DNA from: Podarcis muralis
Taxonomy: Eukaryota
Direction of reading: 5' to 3'
NCBI RefSeq assembly: GCF_964188315.1
Contig: NC_135656.1
Location: forward strand, 33,976,001 to 34,040,000
DNA: 64,000 bases
Below, piece by piece: positions 13,350-24,590 of the stretch. The notes under the pieces were generated by a model, which saw only the letters and a program-made list of their open reading frames with translations, was not told the DNA's origin and made no database searches. Position numbers and translations under genes: made by a program. The stretch's first letter is position 1. Each line of letters opens with the position of its first letter.

Positions 13350-13629
13350 TTTATTTACAACATTCCTACACCGCCCATTAAGAAAAAGTTCTCTGGGTGG
13401 TTCAAGAACAATAGTTAAAACCTCCATGAAGTGAAAAAGCAGAATGCAAGCATAAAATCTGATCAGAATAAAACCAGTATAAAGGCAGCAACAGAAAATA
13501 GTGCAAAGAGCATTAAAAGAAACCCTGAGAAAATAAAAAGGCCTTTTGCCACAGCATGGGTCTCAGGAGGAAAATCTCTCTAGTGAGAGAATTCTGCAAC
13601 CAGGAGTGTTGAAAAGGCCTTCCTCTAGT
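13350..13629 (-). mobile_element. L2-like 3' fragment
   Basis: tttatttacaacattcctacaccgccc tail on the plus strand, with aaaaggccttttgcc and related L2 terminal motifs. Confidence 0.45.
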
Positions 13630-13890
13630 GAGAGCCAGCGTGGTATAGTGGTTAAGAGCGGTAGACTCGTAATCTGGCAAACTGGGTTCGCTTCTCCACT
13701 CTTCCACATGCAGCTGCTGGGTGACCTTGGGCTAGTCACACTTCTCTGAAGTCTCTCAGCCTCACTCACCTCACAGAGTGTTTGTTGGGAGGCAGGGAGG
13801 GAAATGATATTGATAGCCGCTTTGAGACTCCTTAAGGGGAGTGAAAGGTGGGATATCAAGTCTAAACTCTTCCTCCTATTCTTCTTCTTC
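13630..13890 (+). mobile_element. tRNA-derived SINE, Squam3-like
   Basis: gagagccagcgtggtatagtggttaagagc (A box)...gggttcgcttctcc (B box)...gctgggtgaccttgggctagtcacac...(CTT)n tail. Confidence 0.75.
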
Positions 13891-16473
13891 TGGCCACCAG
13901 CTTCAGTTCAAATGATGTCTCCTTGCCCTACTTTGTAGAGGGCAGACCTCTGTTTGAAAGTGTCCTCTAGAGCAGATCTCTTCAACCTTTAGAGACTCAG
14001 GACCTACTTTTAACCCAAACACGCATTTACGGACCCATTTCTTACGCTTTTACAATGTTGTACCATATTCCAATTTAAATGTTACAAATTCTTTCAAAAT
14101 TGGTACCTATACACTTAAGCTACCATATGCAAATTGGAGTCCTCTTTTGCCCCCTACGTCTTTTGGTGTCACAAATCATAATCTCCTATATTCCACTGAT
14201 TAAAATTGGGATGCTCGTTTGGCCCCGAGTTTTTGCAGGAGCCAGCAGACTCACGCAAGAGCGTGAAACCAAAGAACGGGCGTCTTTTGGGCCGGAGATC
14301 TAGCACAAGCCGCTAGCATGTGCCAGAGTGCCCAACGAAAAAATGGGACATTCCGGGATCCAATCAGAAGCTGGGTTGGCTTCTGTAATTCCAGGATGTC
14401 TCCCTCAAATCAGGATGGTTGAGGAGTATGGCAGATCCTCAACTTTGGCAATGCGTGGCTGACCACCCTATGGGACGAATTTATTGAGGATACCCAGAGA
14501 AGGGCTTCTTAAATGAGTCTGTTGAAACAGACTGGAAAGTAATTGGAAAGTACGGTAATTCAGAATTCCTCGTTCTGTGTCTGAGGAAGCCAACTGGTCT
14601 GAGCTGGTGAGAAAAGGGAGATTAAGCCTTTCCTCCTTGCTTCCTATAACCCCCCCCCCCCCATATGCTATTTACAACTAGGGCAAACAGCTTCTTTGGG
14701 TGGTGCTTTATATTTATAAAATATTCTTTTAGGCAATAATCCTAGGTGCAATTACCTGAACATTATTACTACTGAAATCATTATCTATAATTATAATATT
14801 AAGATTGCTGTGGTAGTTACTTATTCACCCTCCCAGACATTTGTCAGCTGGGAACTAGGTGCAAGCCTTTCAGTAAGGGAGAAATTAGAAAATTACCTTT
14901 TACCAGCTTTGTCTGATTCACAAGCTGGGGCTGTTTGTGGACAGGGATAGACTAATCGCTGTAGTCAATGCCTTGGTAACTTAAAGGCTGGGTTACTGCA
15001 ATACACTTTATGTGGGGCTGCCTTTGGACCTGACTCCAACTAGAGCAGAATGCAGTGGCCTGGTTATCCCCCAACCTTCCCGGGAAAACAGGGACTTCCC
15101 ATTTTTTAACACGAGAGCGTGGCGGCCATTTTGGGATACTCTGCCAATAGAGATTCAGCAGGCACCTTCTGTTTCAACTTTTAAATACCTGCTGAAAACT
15201 TTATATTCCATCAGGCTTATGCAGGCAACTAATAATGCATATTTCCATAGTATAGGTAACACACAAATTATGCACATTCAACTTGTGCACATTCAGCTTT
15301 ATACACTTGGCAAATTAAAAAATAGAAAGGGGTGGGGTTCCAAGAAAAATGACTTTGGCAACCCCACTCACCATCGAACCCAATGTATTTTTGACTATAT
15401 ACAATTTTGGCTTTACTGGTGATCCCAGAATGGTACCCTGCATAAGTTGAGATTCATTTGTAATTGGCTGCTTTCTGATTTTAACATTTTCAAATGGTAT
15501 GTATTGTCCTTTACGTATGGCTATTGTAAACCATTCTGATTCTTTTGAAAAAATGAATAGCAGTATATAAATATTTTTTATAAATAAATAAATATTGTTG
15601 TTATGCACGATGGCAAATGTCATGATACAGACATTTTCATCAGTTCCAATGGCTGGGTGGGGGGAAACCCAGTGGATATAAAGAGGATAGTAAGAGTTGC
15701 TGCACTATCAAATGTGATATACAGAACATATAAACAAATCCTGATTATCCTTCTTACTTTTGTGGTTTAGAGTCTGCCCTAAAGAATTCACCCTCATCCC
15801 GTTATACTAAAACAAAACAACTAGTTGTCACTGTTCCTTTGTATTGCGAGTTGTTTCTCCCCGCACTCCACCCACAAGTCGTCACATATGGTCCTGGAAC
15901 TGCTTATAGAGCAACAACAGAAAGCACTGTTTACTTGCAATGCAGAGCAATGCGCCATCTCTTGCTGGGAACAACAGGTCCGGCCAGCCCCAAAGGCCTC
16001 TGTGACGCTGTGCAAACAGCCAGAGGCAACCTTGCCCTAATTCAATAGTGTTAACTAGGGGCAGGTGATAGGGGAACCTGCCTCAAGTGCAGCCTGGACA
16101 GGAGAGCAAATTGGTCGCTTTAAATCATCTAACATTCCACTGACAGCTGCTAAAGCAATACTTCATTTGGAATAATTTGACATGTTTTCCAAGCCGGTAG
16201 CTGAAAAGTCAAGAAGCACAGGTATCAGCTTGCTCAGGCTGCTGGCGGGAACAGCGAGCCAGACTTAATGACATCCATCTAATTTGCCAGTAGGCTAAGC
16301 CTAGCCAAAGAACCTTCATACTGCAGGTGAGGGAAAAGGAAATCAGAGATATGCAACTTTCCCCCAGATTTTACCATTCATTTCCCAAATCAAGGTTGTG
16401 GATGAATCCATCAATTTGGGGTTCTCATTTTTTCAGCTTTCAGTTCTCCGCATATCTGCATTAGTTTGTTATA

Positions 16474-16690
16474 CAGTGGTACCTCGGGTTAAGAACTTAA
16501 TTCGTTCCGCAGGTCCGTTCTTAACCTGAAACTGTTCTTAACCTGAGGTACCACTTTAGCTAATGGGGCCTCCCACTGCCGCGCGATTTCTGTTCTCATC
16601 CTGAAGCAAAGATGTACTATTTCTGGGTTAGCGGAGTCTGTAATCTGAATCGTCTGTAACCTGAAGCGTCTGTAACCCGAGGTACCACTG
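16474..16690. mobile_element. pogo-type MITE
   Basis: TIR CAGTGGTACCTCGGGTTA, TA TSD. Confidence 0.9.
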
Positions 16691-17013
16691 TACACACACT
16701 CCAGAAAATCCATCAGCATTTAAGTACAAATTTATCCTAATATGCAATTTTTGGTGCGCAACTCTGCCCAAGTGGTGAAGTGCCCATGTTTGACACTTTG
16801 CAGGCTGTGACTGGAAATTGCATTTCCAACATTTCACAAAAACATAGGGATATGATTGTATCACACCATTTCCCATACCAAGGATGGTATGAGCCTGAGC
16901 TCCCCACGACTAGCATATATAATAAAAGGCTGCCATTCACTTGATACATGGACCCCAGACCCCAATTATTTTTAATGATCCCCAAGTTCCCTCAACATTA
17001 AAAAAAATATATA

Positions 17014-17252
17014 CAGTGGACGCTTGGGCTGCGAACGTGATTCATACAGGATGCACGTTCACAACCCGCAGCAGCACGTCTGCGCATGCGCCGGTTGTGT
17101 TTTGGCGCTTCTGCGCATAGCGCGATTTAGCGCTTCTGTGCATGCGCAACCTCCAAAACCCGGAAGTAACCCATTCTGGTACTTCCGGGTTTCGGAGCAT
17201 CCGTAACCTGAAAAAATGCAACCTGAAGCGTCTGTAACCTGAGGTATGACTG
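17014..17252. mobile_element. pogo-type MITE, different interior, imperfect TIRs
   Basis: TA-CAGTGGACGCTTGGG...CCTGAGGTATGACTG-TA; subterminal taacctgaa repeats. Confidence 0.7.
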
Positions 17253-18028
17253 TACTGCAGTGTGATGTTCTCCTCTGAGTTTTTTTATCTCGGGTGGTGG
17301 TGTCATGCTCCCTCTCCAGCCATTGTCAACAGCAGCAGAACCATACCCGTAAGCTACCTGCCACTTCCTCATTCATGATCGCTTTTGCAATGCTCAGTCA
17401 TCTTTGAGCACTTCTGGGAAGCCTTGTCTGCCCACTGAATGATCAGAAGCGGCTGGCTAGTCCCAGCAGAGATTGCACATTAAAGCAGCCACTGTTCTGC
17501 CATGCCAGAAGTTTCACAAAGCCACTTTTCTGTGCTAAGTGCTTGCTGAGCACCCTACATATGTCAAGTACTTGTTTGATCAAGACTGGAATCAGGAAAT
17601 TAATTATCCATTGTTTTGCGATTTGAGGACATTGACACTTCAGTTGAGCTGGCTGTCTAGCAATGACTGACTAGGGGGTAACCTGGATGTAGCTGTGCTG
17701 AGGAGAGCTGTGGATCCACTTGGTGCACGTGAACTAGCCAACACCACCCTGGGGCTGGCCCTGTGCGGAGATGTGCAGGTCGGGCAGTGCCAGCATCATT
17801 AGCAGGGCAGCACCAGCCACTGCACATATGCAAAGCAGACCCAGAACTCCACTCAGCACAGCCACCAAACCGGAGCATCCACTGTGGGGTTAGCTGTGTC
17901 ATTAAGCCCTCCCAGGGAATCCATTGTTTGCTTTGCCATGCATGCCAGGAGCGGATGCCAGGCCTATTAAATCCCATTAGGAGTAAACATGCATAGGATT
18001 GCACTTCATGCTAAAGTCTATGGCGCTG

Positions 18029-18029
18029 C

Positions 18030-18070
<41 letters not shown>
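18029..18070. repeat. (ATTG)n microsatellite
   Basis: Direct reading. Confidence 0.95.
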
Positions 18071-19107
18071 CTGACAGGCAGACATGGAAGAGGAGCCACA
18101 GAAGAAACCTTTCGAATTTAGGAGAGATTGGATTATAGTTTCTCTGTGCCTATAAAATCAACGTGCATGGATTGTTAGTGTGCAGGACAGCAGGCCTTGG
18201 ACAGCAGGTGACACGTGTGCTTGCACAAAACAGGTTATAAACATACTTAGTGTGGCTGACACTGACACTGGCATCTCTCTTGCACATCCTCAGATGAGAA
18301 AGAAGCCAACCAGCCCTGTTTTATGGCTACAAATAATAACCCCTCACAATGTCCACAGTGCACCATCACTACCATCCAAAGGGCTGGGCAAGCATTCTGT
18401 TGCATTGCTCCTCCTAGGAATTATAATTTGGTTTCACATGCCCTGCACTTACCCAGCAGCAGCACCTATGCTAAAGAGCTGCTTGAACATTCCCTGCTGC
18501 CACCAAACTAAGGATGGAATTATCTGAAAATCTCAATGTCAAGTTTATCCGCAATATTTTCCCCCCTAATTCCTGCCTCACTCGTTCTCAATGAGAAGTT
18601 TACTGATTCTATTAAAAACACAAACAATTCTTGCACAGTCTACACACACACACACACACACACACAAATAATATTACTAGGGGCTGCCAACCCGGCTTGC
18701 TCTATTCACCAACCCACCAATCCCTTTGCCAACCCTCTTCCCCCACACCCAGCCAACCCCTTCTCGTTTCCCAACTGGGTAGGCAAATGAGCAGGGTGGG
18801 GCTAGATGTGTTTGATTTGCCAAGATGCTATAAACTATATTAACATACCCGCCTACATTTCTCTGATGAAAATAGGGGCATCCTATTCAACAATAACAGT
18901 AATAGTAATAATAATGTGTTTCCAACATATATATAAATATAATAAAACATTAAACATGAAAACAATTCCTTGTAAAGGACTGCCTTCAGATGTCTTCTAA
19001 AGATTTTATAGCTACTTGTCTCCTTGGCCCAGGGGTTGCATAACTCCATACCTTCCATTGTTTCTCCAATGAAAAAGCCACTTCCGCAATAAACAAGGAA
19101 GTGGGGT

Positions 19108-19850
19108 TGCGGGCGTCACACCCCTTCCCCACATTTGCGGGGGCTGGCTCCAGCCCCCGCGCTACCTAAGGGAATCCCCACCCGTGTCATACCCCGGGCC
19201 AGCCAATCGGCTGGCTCCGGGGGCGGGGCCTCGGCTATTTAAACCTGCTGCAGCCGAGGCTCCTCCTCTTTTCCTCCGCTGCTACAGCTGACCCGGTTTT
19301 CCCGCCCATCCCACCCCTTTTTAGGATAGGTTCTCTGACGTTGCTATGAACTCCGGTTGGTCGCCGTCAAGGGGCATGGTAGGAATTTCCCCAAATGGCA
19401 GATTGGCTCCAGCCATTTGGTTTTCGCCTACCTCATAGCAAACCGTCACAACTCCTCGGTATTGGCAGTTAGGCATTGGTAGGGGTACTGTCCTATTGTT
19501 ATGCAAATGAAGGGGGAAGGAGCGCCATCACCTTCCTCCAAGCAAGGGTAGTCCGGTAAAGGATTCCTGGGGGCGTGGCCTTGTCCTAAGCCTAAGGAGG
19601 TGTGGGCCCACGGCACGCCCCCACACGGTGATGCCCGGGGGAGGTCCTAGTTGACATGCCTCAGCAGGACTCCTCCCTCTGGTGATTAACGCTTCTGGCC
19701 TCTAGCCGGTTAGTAGTTAGGACCAATGCCTAAGCCAATACCGCTCAATTCCTGTAATCAATAAAGTTGTGGCCTAATTTGACCCACTAACCTGAATTCT
19801 TGTGTCCTGTGTCTTTATTTCTTCGGGGGGAGGCGGGAACTCGCCACGCA
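19108..19850 (+). mobile_element. Solo LTR-like element (Gypsy/ERV/DIRS class unresolved)
   Basis: Ends TGCGGGCG...CGCCACGCA form an imperfect inverted repeat. CpG-rich; CCAAT 19203, GC box 19220, TATTTAAA 19236, AATAAA 19760. No TSD found. Confidence 0.55.
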
Positions 19851-20514
19851 ATAGGAATAGCCTACCATACCCTCCAACATTTCACCAATTAAAATAGGGA
19901 TGTCCTAAGGGAAAACAAGACATTCCAGGATAAAATCAAAAGCTGAGACAGCTTCTGTAAATCCAGGGCTGTGCCTGGAAAATAGGGACACTTGGAGAGT
20001 CTATATTAATGTCAACAGAGAATTGCCAACATGTTTATCTCCCGCCACCATTTATCTTCAGCATAATAGGGGCATCTCTTATGTAAGTTATCATTTTGTA
20101 ATAAACCCTGTTGGAAATTACCTTCCAACCTTTCAGTAGCATGACTCAACAGAAGTTACATGTTTAGAGTGTGAGGTTAAAAGCCTCTGTGTACTTAAGT
20201 AGGCTTCAAGTGAGGTTGTCAGTCTGTAATAACCCCTCTTAATAAACAACCAGTGCAATGGCCAGGGAACTGTTGCCTAGGGACTTGGTGCAGGTACCAC
20301 TCCAACCAGCTAGCTCCTCACACACAAAGTGGCTCAGAAGAGTGACGCATGCAAGGGAACGCAGGTCCCTGCCTGCAATTAGAAAAAGTGGTGGCTTGCC
20401 ATTTTCCTGTTCAAAAAGAGAGGGAGCAAAGCACATTACTACTACATAAGTAGGCTGTTCAGATGAGTGGATAGTTATGCAGACAAAGCTTGCTGCAGTA
20501 ACATCTGTCCTGGC

Positions 20515-20515
<1 letters not shown>

Positions 20516-20558
<43 letters not shown>

Positions 20559-20582
20559 TACTACTATTATTATTATTATTAA
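20516..20582. repeat. (TAT)n/(TAC)n microsatellite
   Basis: Direct reading. Confidence 0.95.
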
Positions 20583-21222
20583 ACTAATAGCCACTCTTTG
20601 ATTTTTACAGTTCTCCTGCCGTTGCTTATTGCTTGTTCTTATTAACCGGGCTGCATTAAACAACTGTCACTTTTTTTGCATTATTGTATTCTGTGCATTG
20701 TTGGAAACCGTCCTAGAATCACATAAATGTCTAAAAAACTGGACAGATAAATAAACTGTCTTAGAGCCCACGTCCTGGAAGTGGCATTGATGGTGGTGGG
20801 ATAAGAGGAACTGCAAAGAAATGGAGCGGCCGGGCAGAAGCGCTCACAGAAACATGCCGCTGCGCCCCTCAGACGCAGACCGGCAGCAGCCAGAAGAGAT
20901 CAGGGGCGCCGGCTCCACCATGGCCTAGCAGTGCAATGTGGTGGAGTGTCTCTACTGCGACAAGGTCTCCAAGTACGAGAAGCTGGCCAAGATTGGGCAA
21001 GGCACCTTCGGGGAGGTCTTCAATGCAAAACATTGTCAAACAGGCAAAGTTGCATTGAAAAAAGTGTTGATGGAGAATGAAAAAGACGGGTTCCCCATCA
21101 CAGCCCTATGGGAGATCAAAATGCTCCAGCTACTCAAGCATGAAAACGTCGTGAATCTCATTGAGATCTGCAGGACCAAAGCCTCTCCGTACAACTGCTG
21201 CAAGGGCAGCATCTACCTGGTA

Positions 21223-21448
21223 CAGTGGTACCTCAGGTTAAGTACTTAATTCATTCCGAAGGTCCGTACTTAACCTGAAACTGTTCTTAACCTGAAGCAC
21301 CACTTTAGCTAATGGGGCCTCCTGCTGCTGCCGCGCCGCCGGAGCCCGATTTCTGTTCTCATCCTGAAGCAAAGTTCTTAACCTGAAGCACTATTTCTGG
21401 GTTAGCGGAGTCTGTAACCTGAAGCATATGTAACCTGAGGTACCACTG
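21223..21448. mobile_element. pogo/Tigger-type (Tc1/mariner superfamily) MITE, 226 bp, inserted in the CDK9 ORF
   Basis: 18-bp perfect TIR CAGTGGTACCTCAGGTTA...TAACCTGAGGTACCACTG; TA duplicated at 21221-22 and 21449-50; removal restores CTG GTA TTT GAC (LVFD). Confidence 0.93.
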
Positions 21449-23175
21449 TATTTGACTTCTGCGAGCATGACCTGACTGGACTCCTTAGCAATGCCCATGT
21501 CAAGTTTACACTTTTGGAGATCAAGAAAGTCATGCAAATGCTCCTGAACGGCCTGTACTACATCCACCGGAATAAGATCTTGCACTGGGACATGAAAGCA
21601 GCCGACGTGCTTATCACCCGCGATGGTGTTCTGAAGCTGGCCGACTTTGGCCTGGTTCTGGCCTTCAGCCTGGCAAAGAACAGCCAGCCCAATCGCTACA
21701 CTAACAGGGTGGTGACTTTGTGGTATCGTCCTCCGGAGCTGCTTCTGGGGGAACGAGATTATGGACCACCCACTGACGTCTGGGGTGCAGGATGCATAAT
21801 GGCAGAGATGTGGACCCGAAGCCCCATCATGCAGGGAAACACAGAACAGCACCAGCTCACTCTCATCAGCCAGCTTTGTGGATGCATCGCCCCGGAGGCG
21901 TGGCCAAGCATGGATAAGTACGAACTGTATGAGAAGGTGGACTTGCCGAAAGGGCAAAAGCGCAAGGTGAAGGAGCGGCTAAAGGCGTACGTCAAAGACC
22001 CATATGCTCTGGATCTCATAAACAAGCTGCTGGTCCTGGATCCTGCCCAAAGGATAGATAGCGATGACGCCCTGAATCATGACTTCTTCTGGTCCGACCC
22101 TATGCCTTCTGATCTCAAAAACATGCTCTCCACTCATAACCAATCCATGTTCGAGTACCTGGCTCCTCGCAGGAGGAGGGGTGGACATGTGCCACAGCAA
22201 CCTGCCAATCAGGGCAGGAATCCAGTGGTGACCAATCAGACAGAGTTCGACAGAGTGTTCTGATGGCTGTGGACCAAGAACAAGAATGGAGTACTGGTTT
22301 CCAATGGAATAACGAAAACGATTTGTTTCAGCTGTTGTTGTTTTTTACTGTTGCAAAGCAAAACAAAATGAACAAAACAAAAATTGGCGGGAAGAGAACA
22401 AAACACCTGCGAGTCTGTGTTTTAAGAGCTGCAGGGTTAGATTAAACACTGCCTGGAAAGGTGTGTAGAGTTCTGCCTACCTGGGCTATCACAGACTAAA
22501 TTGCAGCTTTTCTGTGCTTGTTGAACTGTTTTTCGGGGTTGTTGTTGTTTTTAATTCATTGCTTCTATGAAGTTGCACTGCTAGGAAAGTGTGTATCTGG
22601 TGTGCAGGAGGATGGAGCAGACTGGGTAGGGTCTTGTGTCCAAGAATGGCTGCTGACTTTGAATCATACTGTGTGGCCTATCCACTTCTGTCAGCAAGTT
22701 CCACACACGTGTTGCTGCAGTGGGTTTGTAGCAGTGGTCTCCAAGATTCTGAGAAAACCCATATTGTGAGAAACAGTTTGTCATGTACACAATTGCAGCA
22801 TGGACAGTTGCTGGAAGACTTATTCTTTTTGTACTAACCAGTGATGGTAAAGCTCCCTTTATCTTATCTGTGGAATGTTGCTTAGAAGAACCAAGAAAGT
22901 CTGTTCAGAACAATAGTGAAGGCCATGAAAGAATGATTGAGCTTATGTGAGAAAGGGGGAAGTTAACCTTAAAAAGAGTGAGGAAGGATGTGGTTTAACA
23001 ATTAGCTAATGAATATGTAATGCTTCATGTATGTCAGCCAGAAATAAAGTATATAAGCCTCTGGGCAACCATGGCAAGGCGCTCAGCTTTTGGAAGTATC
23101 CTCTGAGCCACTGCTTGCTGTCAGCAAACAATAAATTTACTTTCCTTTTCTTTATTGCTGCGTTTTGAAGTTTTC

Positions 23176-24320
23176 TTTTTTAAAAAAATAATTTTTATTA
23201 ACAGGCCAATCAAATCACATTAATTCCAAATCACATTAGTTCCAAATTATACAGCCAAATTTTTAAAATTTTGTTGGGGGTACCCATACTTTGAGCTCCG
23301 AAAGGGATCCAAACATCACTCTTGCTGCTGTTTTATTTACACAGTTCTGTGCAGTTCTGTCCAGATAGTCTCTTTGTTATTTTCCTCATCTTCTTGTTGT
23401 TATCATATATTCCTTTCTTTGTGATCTCTGATAATCTTCACAAGTGGGTTGAAAACAAACATATCCTGTGTGGATTTTACACTCTCCAAGAGCCATATCA
23501 CATAAAGGACAGACGCCATTTCCACACCTCCGTAAAGAACATTCCCACAGTCTGTCCGTTGATTTCCACAGGCCTGCCAATCTGTATCTCAGGGGGCCCT
23601 GCCAGGTCAAATTCAAATTCCGATAACCATACATTCACATTCCGATGACCATGCTCCTCCTCCCCCTCGTCCTCCTGTGGGTAGGCCTGTCTTAACGAAT
23701 CTCCATTTGTAACTGCGTCACAAAGCTTTCTTTCCATTCCCGATGATTCCCACCAGTCCTCTCTTTGATCAGTAATTCATTTCCACACAGTTCTTAATCT
23801 CCTGCTTGTGATTAGTAATTTGCAACGATTCTTTCTCTCTGGGGGGGAGGGTTATTGGGTACTCACATAAGACAAAAAAGAGAAGTTTTTTCCTCCCCCC
23901 CCCCCGTTCCGTTTCGCTCCGACATACCGATCTTTTAATGATGAGTCTTCACTTAATTTATTGTCCAGCCCGTCGCTCCACATCACAGAGATCCCATTAA
24001 TCAGCAGTCTTTACTCCCGATCTTCACTTGAAGTATGTGCATTTGCTTCTTTTTCCAATTACATATTTCGAGCTGATGCAAACCAGTGCGCGATCAGAGA
24101 CAGCGTCCAGGAGAGCCGACCCCACCCGGCTTCGTGCCTAGTGCCCTCACCCCCTTCTTTCGAATCCGGCGGTGAATTATGGACACAGCAGGCAAGGCAG
24201 TGCCCCCCATTCCCTTGGGGAGCAAGGGAGGCTGCATACTCCCATATCAGCCTCTTAATTACCTCGTGTGGGTCGGAGAGATGTTACTGTCGGCCATCTT
24301 GTCGGGAGATGTTATTGTCA
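23176..24320 (-). mobile_element. 1145-bp non-autonomous, probably L1-mobilised retroelement
   Basis: 16-bp perfect TSD GCGTTTTGAAGTTTTC at 23160-23175 and 24321-24336. On the minus strand it starts ...CAAGATGGCCGAC (YY1-type motif) and ends AATAAAAATTATTTTTTTAAAAAA. No RT or endonuclease ORF. Confidence 0.75.
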
Positions 24321-24459
24321 GCGTTTTGAAGTTTTCATTCAGTCTGCAGAGTCTTGCATCAGGTTGGTTACGGTGGCCAGGAAGCAAGCTGCCGATCTCC
24401 CAGGCTTTGGTAACAGAGGTAGCCTTCCCATGGTGGGTGAGAAGAATGTGGCCATATAA

Positions 24460-24590
24460 CCAGTGTTTCTTGGATTTAGGTCCCCAGCTGTTCAACTACA
24501 AGTCCCACCATGCCTGGCCACTGGTTCTGCTAGCTATGGATGATGGGAGTTATAGTCTAGCAGCTGGTGGCCAAGGTTTAAGAAACACTG
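24460..24590. mobile_element. Small MITE in the CDK9 retrocopy 3'UTR
   Basis: 11-bp TIR CAGTGTTTCTT / AAGAAACACTG; internal actacaagtccca...tgggagttatagt; no clear TSD. Confidence 0.5.

Noticed and set aside
21219-21451. Rescue of the CDK9 frame by splicing out the MITE (CTG|gtacag donor, AG near the right TIR)
   Set aside because: The available AG leaves GTACCACTG-TATTTG, which is out of frame; the codon-3 stop and HWD would inactivate the kinase anyway.
21391-21957. 188-aa minus-strand ORF
   Set aside because: Antisense shadow of the CDK9 pseudogene running into the MITE.
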